Both the position numbers and the translations under genes were made by a program. DNA of 64,000 bases, taken from Octopus bimaculoides. Lineage: Eukaryota. The stretch spans positions 11,144,265 through 11,208,264 of the forward strand of contig NC_069001.1 in NCBI RefSeq assembly GCF_001194135.2, written 5' to 3'. Below are positions 38,361 to 51,599 of this stretch, piece after piece. The number at the start of each line of letters is the position of its first letter. Position 1 is the stretch's first letter. Below the pieces are notes generated by a model that worked only from the letters and a program-made list of their open reading frames with translations, was not told where the DNA came from and ran no database searches.

Positions 38361-39754
38361 TTGAATCCATTATTTTCTCAATAAATCTGAGTCCTCTCAC
38401 ACCAGCCGCCTCCCACAAAAAATTCGGGCCTTGTGCCTAGAGTAGAAAAGCATATGTATACCTATGTATACACATATGTATGTGTGTATGTATGCAGACA
38501 TATGTCCGAGGGCGCGTGTCCTCGTGTTTAGATCACTGGACTCACGATTATGAACATATAGAACCAATTACTAAACAGGACGCCAGGTTGTTTGTATGAA
38601 CAAGCCATGTTATTGCACGCTGTTTCATTGAAATACGTTGTAAAAGGGACAATACCAGTTTTCACATCTGCAGTATTGCCCTGGACGAATGCATGGAGGG
38701 CTGAAAGGTTGTCCGTTGCTGTTTATGAATATCCAGGCTCCTAATTAACAAAATGTAAGCTATGTGCCGCCAGATCATACGTTATTGCGACGGACCCTAT
38801 TCAACGCCCTTTTATATTTCTCTATTTTCTTCTTAGTATTAGCGGCATAGTTCTTCTGTGTAAGTATCTCGTATAAGCGTCTCTCTTTCACACACACACA
38901 CATAGAGACACACACTCGTACACACACACACACACACACACTGACTTATAGACATACATACTCATGCACAAACGCAGTTTCTCTCTCTCTCTCTCGCACA
39001 CAAAGCTTTTCTCCCCATCACTCTCTTAATTTATTCATAAATCTGAATTTCATTCCAACCTACATGTGTGGTTGGATATGTTCACTTTCTTTCACCCCCT
39101 CTCGCTCTCACCCTCTCTCTCTACCTATCTATTTATCTCTCACAGCTTCCCACTCTCTCTTGTATATCTCTATCGCCAACTGTCACAGACAAATAATTCC
39201 TGTACTACTTTCTCCATCAAAATGTCTTGCTATGTCTACTTCTCCCCCTCCCATCCTATCTCTCTATCATTCCCTAATTCCATTTTGTATCCCCCCTCTT
39301 CTTCTCTCTCTCGCTCTGTAGATATTTATATATATATTCTCTCCTTACTTAAGACATTCTAAAGCTATAGAAACGAAAATAAATTAATAGAATAAATTGT
39401 AATAAAGCCAAAAAAACAAACAAAACAAAACAAACCAACAATAAAAAAAATTTAGTCAAATCAATTGAGTTGTCAAAACAACAGCAAATCTCTTTTATTA
39501 TATAATTTAATAGACTCTATAAAGTTTTAAAAAAACACGGACAAATAATACAAAAATATAACAAAACCAAGTAACTCCCTAAGTACTCAATCAAAACTTA
39601 ATTTAGTTATTGTCGGTTGGCATGCTGGTTACAGTAAAGGATATAACAAAATATCAAAGGAGAAACAGAGAGCAACAGAAGAATATAAAAATAGAGAGTG
39701 AAAGACAGCGTGAACGAGAGAGAAAAATGAAGGAGAGTCTATGGAAATATAATG

Positions 39755-39789
<35 letters not shown>

Positions 39790-40187
39790 NNNNNNNNNNN
39801 NNNNNNNNNNNNNNNNNNNNNNNNNNNNNNNNNNNNNNNNNNNNNNNNNNNNNNNNNNNNNNNNNNNNNNNNNNNNNNNNNNNNNNNNNNNNNNNNNNNN
39901 NNNNNNNNNNNNNNNNNNNNNNNNNNNNNNNNNNNNNNNNNNNNNNNNNNNNNNNNNNNNNNNNNNNNNNNNNNNNNNNNNNNNNNNNNNNNNNNNNNNN
40001 NNNNNNNNNNNNNNNNNNNNNNNNNNNNNNNNNNNNNNNNNNNNNNNNNNNNNNNNNNNNNNNNNNNNNNNNNNNNNNNNNNNNNNNNNNNNNNNNNNNN
40101 NNNNNNNNNNNNNNNNNNNNNNNNNNNNNNNNNNNNNNNNNNNNNNNNNNNNNNNNNNNNNNNNNNNNNNNNNNNNNNNNNNNNNNN

Positions 40188-40540
40188 GTATTTCATCTGT
40201 CTTTACATTCTGAGTTCAAGTTCTGCCGAGGTCGACTTTGCCTTTCACCCTTTTAGGGTTGATAAATTAAATACCAGTTGCGTACTAGGGTTGATCTAAT
40301 CGAGTGCCCCCCACCACCAAAAATTTCGGGCCTTGTACCTAGAGTAGAAAAGAATCGTTAGCACACTGGGAAAAATGCTTAGCTATATTTCGTCTGTCTT
40401 TACGTCCTAAGATCAAATTCCGCCGAGACTGACTTTGTTTTTCATCCCTTCGCGATCTATAAAATAAATAGCGGTTGACCACAGGGGTCGATGTTATCGA
40501 CTTACCCTCACCTCGAACGTGCTGGACTTGAGCGAAAATT
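40188..40540 (+). mobile_element. Two head-to-tail family C SINEs
   Basis: The first ends ...ggccttgtacctagagtagaaaaga and is directly followed by atcgttagcacactgggaaaaatgcttagc, the head of the second. Confidence 0.88.
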
Positions 40541-41353
40541 AAAAACCAATATGAATAATGACATATACACGAATATGCTATTATTCAGACACAAAAACAC
40601 ACACATACTCACTCACGACTGCCAGCACACAAAGAACATACTCGCACAGACACACATCTATATGCACAAACACATCTACATATACACGCACACTGTTTCT
40701 CTACTCTGTATTGGTTTTGCGTAATACTGTGCTGGCTTTGACTCTAAATCGCATTCGGTAGTGGGGGCCTGGTTTGTGTGTTACAAGGTTTTTAGAATTG
40801 TGGTACAACCTCTCAGTCAATATTGTTCCAAAATCTACTCTGACCCGGATTTCTAACACATGCCGGACTCCCTCCATGGCTTAATTAGCATATCACGATA
40901 TTGTCTTTGTTAAAGGTCATTCACAGAATGCCCAACAGAGCCAAGGTAGATGAGGTCCTTCAGGCTTGTCTTTGATCATGTCAGAAAAGGTAACTCCAAA
41001 CAAATCCTGCACCCTGATAACCCCTGGATTCGTGGTACTCTTTGAACCAGACCGTTCCAAGCTCGAACGATGGGAGTGTGGGACTGACTCTACACAAATA
41101 TAATAATCATCATTGTGCAGTTTGTTACAGTAATGCAAAATACCAATGTCTTGCAGAACATCTTATTCGTCGAAGGGACGGCAGTATCCACACGTAAACA
41201 TGCATATTCCACTTTCTTTCTCTCTGTTACAAGGAATATATTTATTTTCATTATGCAAAATATCCTAGAAAAGAGCTAGATAATGATTAAATAAATTCCT
41301 GTTTAACATTTTAATTAAGGATAACTTATAAAATTAAAGAACATCTCAGATAT

Positions 41354-41405
<52 letters not shown>

Positions 41406-41461
41406 GGTATTATGCAATATGGCAGTCCTTTTACATGGAATTTCGTCAATATTTTTGAACC

Positions 41462-41544
41462 AAAGCCCTGAAGAGACTTGTATACATAGATATGAATTGT
41501 TTATAAATCAATTAATGTATAAGTCGAAACAAACTGTTGGCATT
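41462..41544 (+). ncRNA. Type I hammerhead ribozyme candidate, fully canonical core, long stem II
   Basis: aaagcc CTGAAGA gactt(gt)atacat...aattg/caatt...atgtataagtc GAAA ca-aac-tg TT ggcatt. Confidence 0.7.
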
Positions 41545-41757
41545 ATTAGTTTTTTTTTTTAAATTGGTTTTCCTATATTATATTATATTATATTATATTA
41601 TAATGTAATAAATTGTTGGATTGTCAATTATATTTCTCTATTTAATTTATTTTTTCTAATTCGTATTCATATCCCTACTTCTGTGATATTCAACTGCTGT
41701 ACCAGACATTTGGACTTTTTACACCCCTTTGAAGGAATCGTTTTTTTAACTTCGTTT

Positions 41758-41796
<39 letters not shown>

Positions 41797-44302
41797 CGAT
41801 AGACACAAAGAGTGAGATAGAGAGAGAGGGTGAGATCGAAAATATATCTGCGTTTTATTCTCTTACGCTCTGAATATTTACGTCTGCCCTCGTTGGCTAT
41901 TTGATTAGTCTCAAGTTTCAGCTCTCAGTATGCTAGGGTAGGGTTGATTTAGTTGGTGTGTTTGTTTTGTCGCTGATAACGACCTCATTGCTGTTTTTAT
42001 TTTTTAGCTTATATGCTTTTGGTTCCTAACAAATTAGACACCCGATGAAAATCGAAAATATAGTTGTATGGTTAATAAATTTTCATGGACATCACCCCAA
42101 CCCATAACGCCCTTTCATCAGGTTGAAAGGTTTTTAACTTTTCCTTGTAAAAAATTTGCATGAATATATTTTCCCACGATTGTACGTCTTAAAACTTTCT
42201 TCAAATCTTCCAGAATTTTCTGAATTTTTTTCAAAATTTTTTTTTCAAAATTTCTCCTCACTTTCACTCTTTCTCAGCCCTCTTTCTCTCCTTTATCCAT
42301 TCTTACGTTGTTTTTTCTTCTCTCTGTCTCTCTATCCTTGTCAGTCGCCCTCTTAACTTTCGTAGTCGAAGATCTGACGTGGTTCAGAAAATGAACGTAT
42401 GATTCGATGTGCATGGGAATGAGCCTGTGTGTGTATATCATTAAAATTGTGTGGCCTGTGCGAGCCCGTTTAAGAGTACTACAGAGTTGACCACCCCAGA
42501 TAAAAGACGTACCAACAAATACATAAAAATTAATAATTTCATGTAAATTACTATCATTAATATCCCGCTTGTTTGCTGAGATAAACAGAAATTATTTCAG
42601 GCATCATATAGTAAATCTATTTTCACCCAGTGTCAAGAAAGGTCTCGGGGACAATATATAAAAAATATCTATTATAGTGATATGATTTTGCGACAACTGC
42701 TGACGCAAAACTGAATTCGAGATTATAACGAAACACTTGAAAGACGCACGAATATTCTACGAATTTAGAGAAATGTATTTTTAAATGCAACCGCATATGG
42801 TTTGGAGGATATTCTATTTCAAAAGCTGTTTTACCAAACAGAAGTTTATTCAAGAAAATAATTAGATGTTTCTCGCCTAGTAAGTAAGAAATTCTGTGGT
42901 TTTTGGCATTAGGGAATTTTCATGTTCAATATTTGCTGAAACATTCTGCAATGGTTGAATATTTTGCGAATTTTGGGAACAATTATAATACAGTTGCTTA
43001 GATCTATGTTCAACATTAATTTAGATTTATGTTAAGTCATTAAAAAAAAAAAAAAAAATTTAAATTCCTGGCTGAGAATCCTGTTGCGAGTATATTTCAT
43101 GCTAACAAGGAAATAACACTGACTACTGACACTAGTGAGCAAATAATATTAAGAATGTTATCGCAGGATTACCACCCAATTTCGGTGCAATCTTAGCGTA
43201 ACGAGTTATACGATTACATCGACTTTAGTACTTGACTGATACTTCATTTCCTCGACAACCAAAGGATGAGAGGCAAAGCAAAGGTCGGCAGAATTTAAAC
43301 CAGGAACGTAAATAACCAGGAGAAAAGCCGCGAAGCATTTTGTACTGTAGTAGTATCACCAATTTATTACACATAAAATTTCATAACGAAATCTTATATA
43401 GGCCCCTAAAGGTCATATGAACCCCACTTGAGAATCAGAGCTATAGATTATTATGTCATGTAACGTGTTGTTTTATTTGAAAATGGTGGGCTTGAGATTG
43501 GAGGCCGGAAATTTGTGAACATAACAACCAATATCAAAGCACTGAGAAACACAGATTTATAATAATTATAATAACTTCTACCGGAGATTTTATGCGCAAG
43601 AAAATAGCATAATGGTTCAAAATACATTGTTCAAACAACAAAACAGTTGATGTCATAGAAAATTTAGAAATTACAACAGAATAATTCAACAACGCTGGAA
43701 ACTGTAGAAAAAAAAAGCTATCACTTTTAGCCGAGACAATATCTAACGCAATAAAAATGATGAGGAATTTGATTAATATATTGAGAAATATTCAGATTCA
43801 GGAAGGTGTGTGAAATTATGAATTTCTCTGCTTATGATTCAAAGATAGGTAATAAACATTCACTTATTAATATCTATCTATCTATCTATCTAAACTATCT
43901 ATCTACGTATTATCTGTCGATTAATCGATCGATGTTCTCTGTATCAATCTATCAATTTCTCTCGCTCCCTCTCTCTCCGTAGATATGTGCGCGTATATAT
44001 ATTAGAGATAGAGAGAGAGAGAGTGAGAAAGAGAAAGAGAGAAAGAGACTGAGAAACACCACACGCAGACATGCACACACGTATGTATGTATTCATGTAT
44101 GCATCTCTGTATATATGTATTGTATTGTATGTCTAGCTAGGTAGTTAGATAAATATAATTTTCTCACCACCATATATATATATATATATATATACACGCT
44201 CTCTTTGATATGCATACACACATGTATGTATGTATGTATGTATGTATGTATGTACCTCCCTCTCTCTATATATATATACATGTATATATATGCATATGTA
44301 TG

Positions 44303-44374
<72 letters not shown>

Positions 44375-46191
44375 AGTGTGTGTGTATGTTTACACATGTA
44401 CACACACACATATATATCTATGTACATACATATTTATATCTACATATATACACACACAGGCATACACACACACACTGACAGACTTGTCCATACCTACACA
44501 CATACATTCTTCAATGGAAGTATACTTTGCAGCTGTTGTTTACGAAGAATAATTAAACGTTTCTTTTTTTTTTCATTTTTCATCCTTTCGCACACAACTA
44601 AAAGAAAGACCACGGGGTTCCAGAGCTGATCATGGTATTTAATTAAAGTTATGATATTCTCTCCTATTACACAGAAACACTCCTTGCTAATCCAAGAAAA
44701 TTATTCTTTAGGTGATGTGCGGTTTAATATGAACGAGGTGAGAAAAGAGACGAGGTAAGTTACGAGTTGTTACGGAGATTATAGAGATAAGTTGAGTTTT
44801 GATAGAGAAATCTGATGTCTGTCACGAGCACTAAGAATAAGTTACGCACGATATCATATATAGATAGATAGATAGATAACTTTTATATTTACATTGATAT
44901 ATATATATGTGTGTGTGTGTGTGTGTCTATATATATATAGAGGCATACACGCATATCTATGCATCAACATTTATGTACGTACATATCAATCAATCTATCT
45001 CTATGTATGTATGTATCTATCTATAGCTTCATACACACACACACATATATATATATATATNNNNNNNNNNNNNNNNNNNNNNNNNNNNNNNNNNNNNNNN
45101 NNNNNNNNNNNNNNNNNNNNNNNNNNNNNNNNNNNNNNNNNNNNNNNNNNNNNNNNNNNNTATATATATATATATATATATATATATTCTATGGTTGAAG
45201 TGATATGAATTCTACTGTTCTTCGCCTCTACCTGTCACCACTTCTCTCTCTCTCTCTATCTCTTGTTACTCGTCCTTCACCTCTCACCGTTACTACTACT
45301 ATCTCTCTCTCTGTGTCTACCTCTCGTTGCTCACTTTTATTCTACTTCCTCCCGTCCTTTTCCCTCTGCTAATCTTTCTCTTCACACAGCCTTGGTCAGG
45401 TGTGTCCGGCTGCTATTTCTTTTCGTTCTTGGAATCACCAAGCTAGCACGTACTTCTTTGCCCCTCCTGTACGTGCTTCACAGGGTTGAAGACATACACA
45501 CTTCACGTCTGGCTGTACAGCCTTTTTGTTTGTTTATTTCACCGTTTCGTTTTCCTGTCTTGTTTTCCGTCCGCCATTACCCTCCACGAAACAATTTAAT
45601 TTGTGTCCGTGGGAAGAACCATTTTAACGATGCGTACTGCCTTAATTCTTCGAAACGCCGGAGTTTTAATGGTGGCAGCTGATGAAGGGGATGTTTCTAT
45701 GTGGCCTGCTTGTTTGTTGCACCTTGTTTACCATTTTGTCCTTGTTGTTTTGCCACGTCATGTACCCAGTTATGTATCTATAAGTACATGTAGATGAACG
45801 TATATATATACATGTACATATATATGCATATACTCATATATATATATATATGCATATACTCATATATATATATACATAAATGTATACATACATGCATACA
45901 TCATATTGATATACATATGGGTGTATGTGTATATATATATATTTGCGTGCGTGTGTGTGTGTGTGTCACATCAGCAGACTGATTTACGTTTTGTGTCTTC
46001 TGGATGAATCAGTATCTTGTTTTAGATAGACTAGAATTGCATTTCCTTGTCTCGTATGTCTATTCACCATTTACCTCTGACTTGTACATAAGCCTTGCAA
46101 ATTATTATCTCCCACACAATAAACTTCTATATGTCGATGTTTGTTTTCACCGTTGAGTGATTATAGTTATTTCATTTTCCCTCCCTTGCCG

Positions 46192-46505
46192 GTTGACGTA
46201 GCTGTGATGAGGGCGTCGAAAACAGAAGTGGTATTCCTTATCTTCCTTTTTGCAGTGTACAGAAACGTCTTAGATAGTTCGCATCCCCACATATATGGCA
46301 ACTCAGTCTTCTGTCCCAAACTACGACGTAAAACTGCAAACCATGGCCTCTTTTATATTGTCTTCTATTATATTTTCTGTAGCTATGCTGTCGTATGTTT
46401 TTTTTTTTATTCAACGGGACTGACGAAGGGAAATTACGCTGAAATACCGGATTTTTTATAAACACTGCATAATCTATATGTGTGGTGTATTTCAGGTTTC
46501 GCATC
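46192..46505 (-). pseudogene. Decayed LINE (L1/Tx1-like) ORF1 fragment with a degenerate zinc knuckle
   Basis: GHGLQFYVVVWDRRLSCHICGDANYLRRFC (CX2CX4[H>Y]X4C, preceded by the V.V..RR motif). Confidence 0.55.
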
Positions 46506-47527
46506 CATTCCCAACCGGCGCAAAAACAAGAGGCAAACACATACAAAGAAACCCAAAACCCCTCCCCCATGTGAAAAAAGAGAAGGAAAAAGTGTAGGAT
46601 TTATATGTTGCTTAGCAACGAACTGGTAAGGGATACGGCGGAATGGGACATAAAGTGTATTGGAACTACGGGGTTTGATAACGTGGAGGAACATCACATG
46701 TGTGTAATACTTGATAAGAAGCACGAGGAAAAAATACAAGAGTATAGGTTTGGATTTTGTTTTTGGGAGGTGAACTGCAGCTAGAGCTCATTCCCAGGCT
46801 TTTCTACGTACGATAGGTGGTTAGAGAAAACAGGTATCGATGTGTTAGAAGATTCATGATTTAAATGATAGACAATGAGGTCACTCGTAAGTGGGGCGAG
46901 TGGTTCCATTCCCATTTTATCATATTCATGTCTTCATACGTTATAGCATTCATTTCTATTTTTATATATGTTTTTTTTTTGTCCCACATGTCTTGTTTTG
47001 TCACTTCTGTGTTAGCCCGATGGGTAATTGAAAAAAAAAAAAGTATTTCAGATTTCGCAGCTAAAACTGTAACAGTTAGCGAGTTTATGGACAGACAAAG
47101 CTTCTGTTTTCTCATACCTTTGAGGTTGGAAAACGGAAATCGGTCTCGCGTGTGACAGAGACGACAATAGTGGAATGGCGTAAAAGACTGCACTCATAAA
47201 ATTTTGGGAGAGTGTGAGGCTGCAGAAGTAGACGGCTATGTGTGGCGTAGTGGGACTGTGTCTGAGGCACCCCGAGTTTTAGTCATGAGGTGGGCATATT
47301 TCATTCGCGTGTGTCTTTGTGTCTTTCTTTTTATATTGAATGCGAACGAATGACAAGGAATATTAATCATGGAGAATTTATTATCAAAGGTAGGAGAGTC
47401 GGAACATTGATTGCAAGATGTTCTGTCCTACACTCTACCCACGGAATTAAGGTAAGACAATGCAAAATGCATTGTGATCAGTGGTATATGTGTGCATATG
47501 TGTTCAAATTATATGTCCATACACGAG

Positions 47528-47558
<31 letters not shown>

Positions 47559-47599
47559 CCAAAATTACAGATAAAAAGTCAATTAAAATCAATTTATTA

Positions 47600-47642
<43 letters not shown>

Positions 47643-47947
47643 GGAATCGTACAGCACATGTATGTGAATTAAGGTGATAAATCAATCAAATGAATTAAAT
47701 TGGGATATGAATATGGAATAAAACATTTAAAAAGGTATGTATATAGTATATCGAAGAATAAAAATGGAAGGTATATGGATAGATGAGTTAATATATATAT
47801 CGAACGGAAATAGATTTGAGCGTTTATGAATTTGCGTGTAGCAATAGTTCTAAAAACCGCATTCGTAAATTAACACGTGCCCGCGTCGATTTGCAGTTTA
47901 GGGCCTGTATTTTGTCAATTGCTAGTCATATTATTGCGTGAGCGTGA

Positions 47948-48130
47948 AAGCGCGTGGTTTCGTCGTTATGGTTATTTGGCTCACGATCGTAAGGTCGTGA
48001 GTTCGAATCTGGCCGGTGCGTTGACTCTTTATTTCACCCTGCTCCAGTCCACTAAGCTGACAAAAAATGAGCAGCATGTCTAATTTAGAGGGCCAGCCTT
48101 GTTGCATTCTGTGTCATGCTTAACTCCTTG
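47948..48130 (+). mobile_element. SINE family D
   Basis: gcgcgtggtttcgtcgttatgg...gtgagttcgaatctggcc...tttatttcaccctgctccagtccactaagctgacaaaaaatgag. Confidence 0.8.
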
Positions 48131-48584
48131 AACGCTATCAGGCCATCCTGATATGACCTCCACCAGTGAAAATTTTCAGAAATTTCAGTTATGATTCATT
48201 TTTATTCATAAGCTAGTTTTTTGTTATTATTTATAATAAATAAACAAATAAAATACCTATTGCCTGTTGTTTGTTTTATTTTCTCACTTCTATCTCCAAA
48301 ACTGAACTTTAGCGTGTCGTGCCAGCAATTTTGCTGTGGTACCCCAATGTACAAGAAAGCTTTATAATAATTACACCAGTAAACTGTTTTTGACTTTTTG
48401 GGAAGGTCCTTATATGCTGCTCTTGGATTTTGTTATCTAGCCCTGTTCGGCCATGAATAAGAGCCTAAACTGCGATGTAAAACGGTCTTTTATTGATTAA
48501 ATAGTTAGCAGTCTAGCAGGTATATATATTATACACGCAGGCTGGAAAACAGGCCTGGCAGCTTGAAACGGTTAATACAATGAT

Positions 48585-48690
48585 GAGGGTACGTGTGTCT
48601 GTGGGTCACTCAGCCACCTGCACGTTAACTCCACAGCACTGTTCAAATGGAACGCTCGTCGTCGTAACCGACACAGTATCTGTTATCGTC
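48585..48690 (+). mobile_element. SINE family D/E shared 3' module fragment
   Basis: agggtacgtgtgtctgtgggtcactcagccacctgcacgttaac...gtcgtcgtaaccgac. Confidence 0.75.
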
Positions 48691-48792
48691 TGATCATTTC
48701 TAATTAATATAACTGTGAAGTAATGATATGGCTATATAAGAATGCAATCTACTTTGTCAAATTATAAATAACACTGCGTTATTCATTTACAT

Positions 48793-49104
48793 CAGTGGTT
48801 CCCAAATATTTTCTGGCTGCTACCCCCTTGACAACCGAGCTACATTCCTAGCGCCTCTTCCCCACCTAATCATCACAAACATAGACCTCTTTCTGAAGCA
48901 AATTCAAAGCAACTGCATTTCACAAATAAACTTAACCCAATGAACCCATTATTTTATTGTTTTTACACGAATCACCACCCCATTATCATCACAATTTTTA
49001 CATGAATCGCTACCCCATTATCGCCCCACTTTTCTCCAACGCCTCCTAGGTACTTTCCACCGTCCGGAGGGAGGGGTCAACATCACCCACTTTGGAAACC
49101 ACTG
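48793..49104. mobile_element. Non-autonomous hAT-type MITE (312 bp)
   Basis: TIRs cagtggttcccaaa / tttggaaaccactg; 8-bp TSD atttacat / atttacac (7/8). Confidence 0.9.
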
Positions 49105-49371
49105 ATTTACACTATTCTTAAACAAGTTAATCACGGAATTACAATTGCCCTATTACTGGAAGTTAGTAAACGTCCAAAGTTAGAGACAAAATTGATAGCA
49201 ATTTATTTTTAGACTAATTCACCCAAATTCAAATTCCGCCGGGTTGTTTGACCTTCATTTCGACTTGGAAACGAAGTCATCATGATAGTCTCTGAGAATG
49301 ATAAGCGCCCGGCGTTTTCCAATCGTCTCTTCTCTCTTATTAATTCTAAGCGTATTATTTATTACATTTGT

Positions 49372-49771
49372 GGAGGCGCAATGGCCCAGTGGTTAGGGCA
49401 GAGGACTCGCGGTCATAGGAATGCGGTTTCGATTCGCAGACCGGGCGTTGTGAGTGTTTATTGAGCGAAAACACCTAAAAGCTCCACGAGGCTCCTGCAG
49501 GGGATGGTGGCGAACCCTGTTGTACTCTTCCACCACAACTTTCTCTCACTCTTACTTCCTGTTTCTGTTATGCCTGTATTTCAAAGGGTCAGCCTTGTCA
49601 CACTTTGTATCACGCTGAATATCCCCGAGAACTACGTTAAGGGTACACTCGTGTCTGTGGAGTGCTCAGCCACTTGCACGTTAATTTCACGAGCAGGCTG
49701 TTCCGTTGATCGGATCAACTGGAACCCTCGACGTCGTCAGCGACGGAGTGCCAACAACAACAACAACAACA
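49372..49771 (+). mobile_element. Full-length tRNA-derived SINE family E with (CAA)n tail
   Basis: A-box tggcccagtgg, B-box ggtttcgattc, and a (CAA)n tail at 49752-49771. Confidence 0.92.
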
Positions 49772-50475
49772 TTTATTACATTTACATCACAGTTTATGTT
49801 TACAGATGTATGTGGTCTGGGACATATGAATATTAAAATAGCTTATTTTAAAGTCAGAATCGTAAGATCCAAGAGAGCTTCCCTTGTTATTTCTAGAGCA
49901 AGAGGTGTTATTACTGCGCTGAGGGTTTTAGCTTGCAGCATATTCTAGAAAACAGTCTCCAACATTTTCAAATATATGATGCTTAAACAACAGAACATTT
50001 CAAATTAACCCCTGGCAATCTATGTCATTTACACTTTGATAGATCGCTTTTCATTGCAGCCCCTTATAACATTAAAAAAATATACATATATATATTTAAA
50101 CCAAAACCCCGATCGCATTCGAATATTTAATGAATTAAATATTCGAATGCAATCTATTTACCATATCCTGTTCTGTGAAATTCTTTATTTCCTATTCTTC
50201 AGCCATGTAGAATTGATTAGAAATAGTACGACATATTACTTCTCATTATTCGCTCTCACTTTCTCTCTCTCTCTCTCTCTATTTCCTTCTGTTTGTGTAT
50301 CCTTCACTGCCTCAGTATGTATGCGATTTGCGAGTGTTTAATCATGTAATAGGCTACAATGCCATGCTTGAATTAAAGTTCAAAGTCAGAATACAATTAA
50401 ATTGATTTTCTCTTCTTTTAAAATTCTTTTCTCAATCATGGCGCTTAACATCAATGGCTCTAAATCCAACATGTG

Positions 50476-50510
<35 letters not shown>

Positions 50511-50645
50511 ACGTATATATGTATATGTACACCCGTATATATATATGCATATATATGTTTGTGTGTATATATACATATGTGTGTGTATATATATATATAT
50601 GTGTGTGTATGTGTGTATATATATGTACGTATATATATATATAAT

Positions 50646-50687
<42 letters not shown>

Positions 50688-50707
50688 ATATATTGATGGC
50701 TAAATAG

Positions 50708-50755
<48 letters not shown>

Positions 50756-51599
50756 NNNNNNNNNNGAGAGAGAGAGAGAAAGAGAGAGAGAGAGATGCAA
50801 ATATATACAGGCACACACACACACATATACATATAAGTGTGTGCATCAGATAGTTTATATAAATGTATGAAATAGCACTCAATACGTACATTATAGTACT
50901 GACAAAATTTTTAACCAAGAAAAAATATCTGATTCAAAGCCTCTGGGCGAAACATTAGACCCTTGAGTTCTAGTTTCTGGCTTTAAAGAACATATGTGTT
51001 TGTGTATGTGTGCGTGCGTATGTGCGTGTGCAATTAATATACATTTTCAAATGTTACTTCTAAAATTGCAAACCTGAGTTTTAGATTATAATGGTTCCCA
51101 AACAAGAAATCTATTAATCTATGTTTATATACGGAATAAAATCTCTTGACAATTGATACTAACTCTTAAAACCGATTGGCTCGTGTAACGGAGCTATATA
51201 AAGCTGTACATCTTTAATTCGTTAAGCGTTATAATATTAGTGAATGGAAAAAATATTCCTCTGTATAAAGCAGATAAATATAAAATATGATATTGACTCC
51301 TTAATAAGAGAAAATGTCCGATTTCTTTGGAGTGTGTATAAGCAATGTACGAGGACGTTTGATGCTCAGCCATTGGATGTTTTATAATATTCCAGCAAAC
51401 ATTTAGCTCTTGTAGTCGCAAGAATATTTCAAGAACATACAAGACGAAAAAGGCAGCACAAAATCAAATTGCATCACAGAATAGTCAATTGCAAATATAT
51501 ATGAAAGAAATAATTAACACTGAAATTTTAATAAATGCACAAAAAAAACTTTCGCCTGACTGTAGCAAGCGGAAGCAATTTTATATCGTCTTGTAAGGA

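Noticed and set aside
40780-41200. Possible L1/Tx1 3' relic (LEIRVRVDF-like)
   Set aside because: The similarity is too weak to call by eye.
46416-46456. Hammerhead-like ctgacga...gaaa
   Set aside because: Stem II has a G.G mismatch, stem III needs a deletion and stem I is mostly G.U; compatible with chance.
50930-50965. ctgattcaaagcc-tctg-ggcgaaacatta hammerhead-like motif
   Set aside because: The core lacks G8/A9 and there is no stem I.
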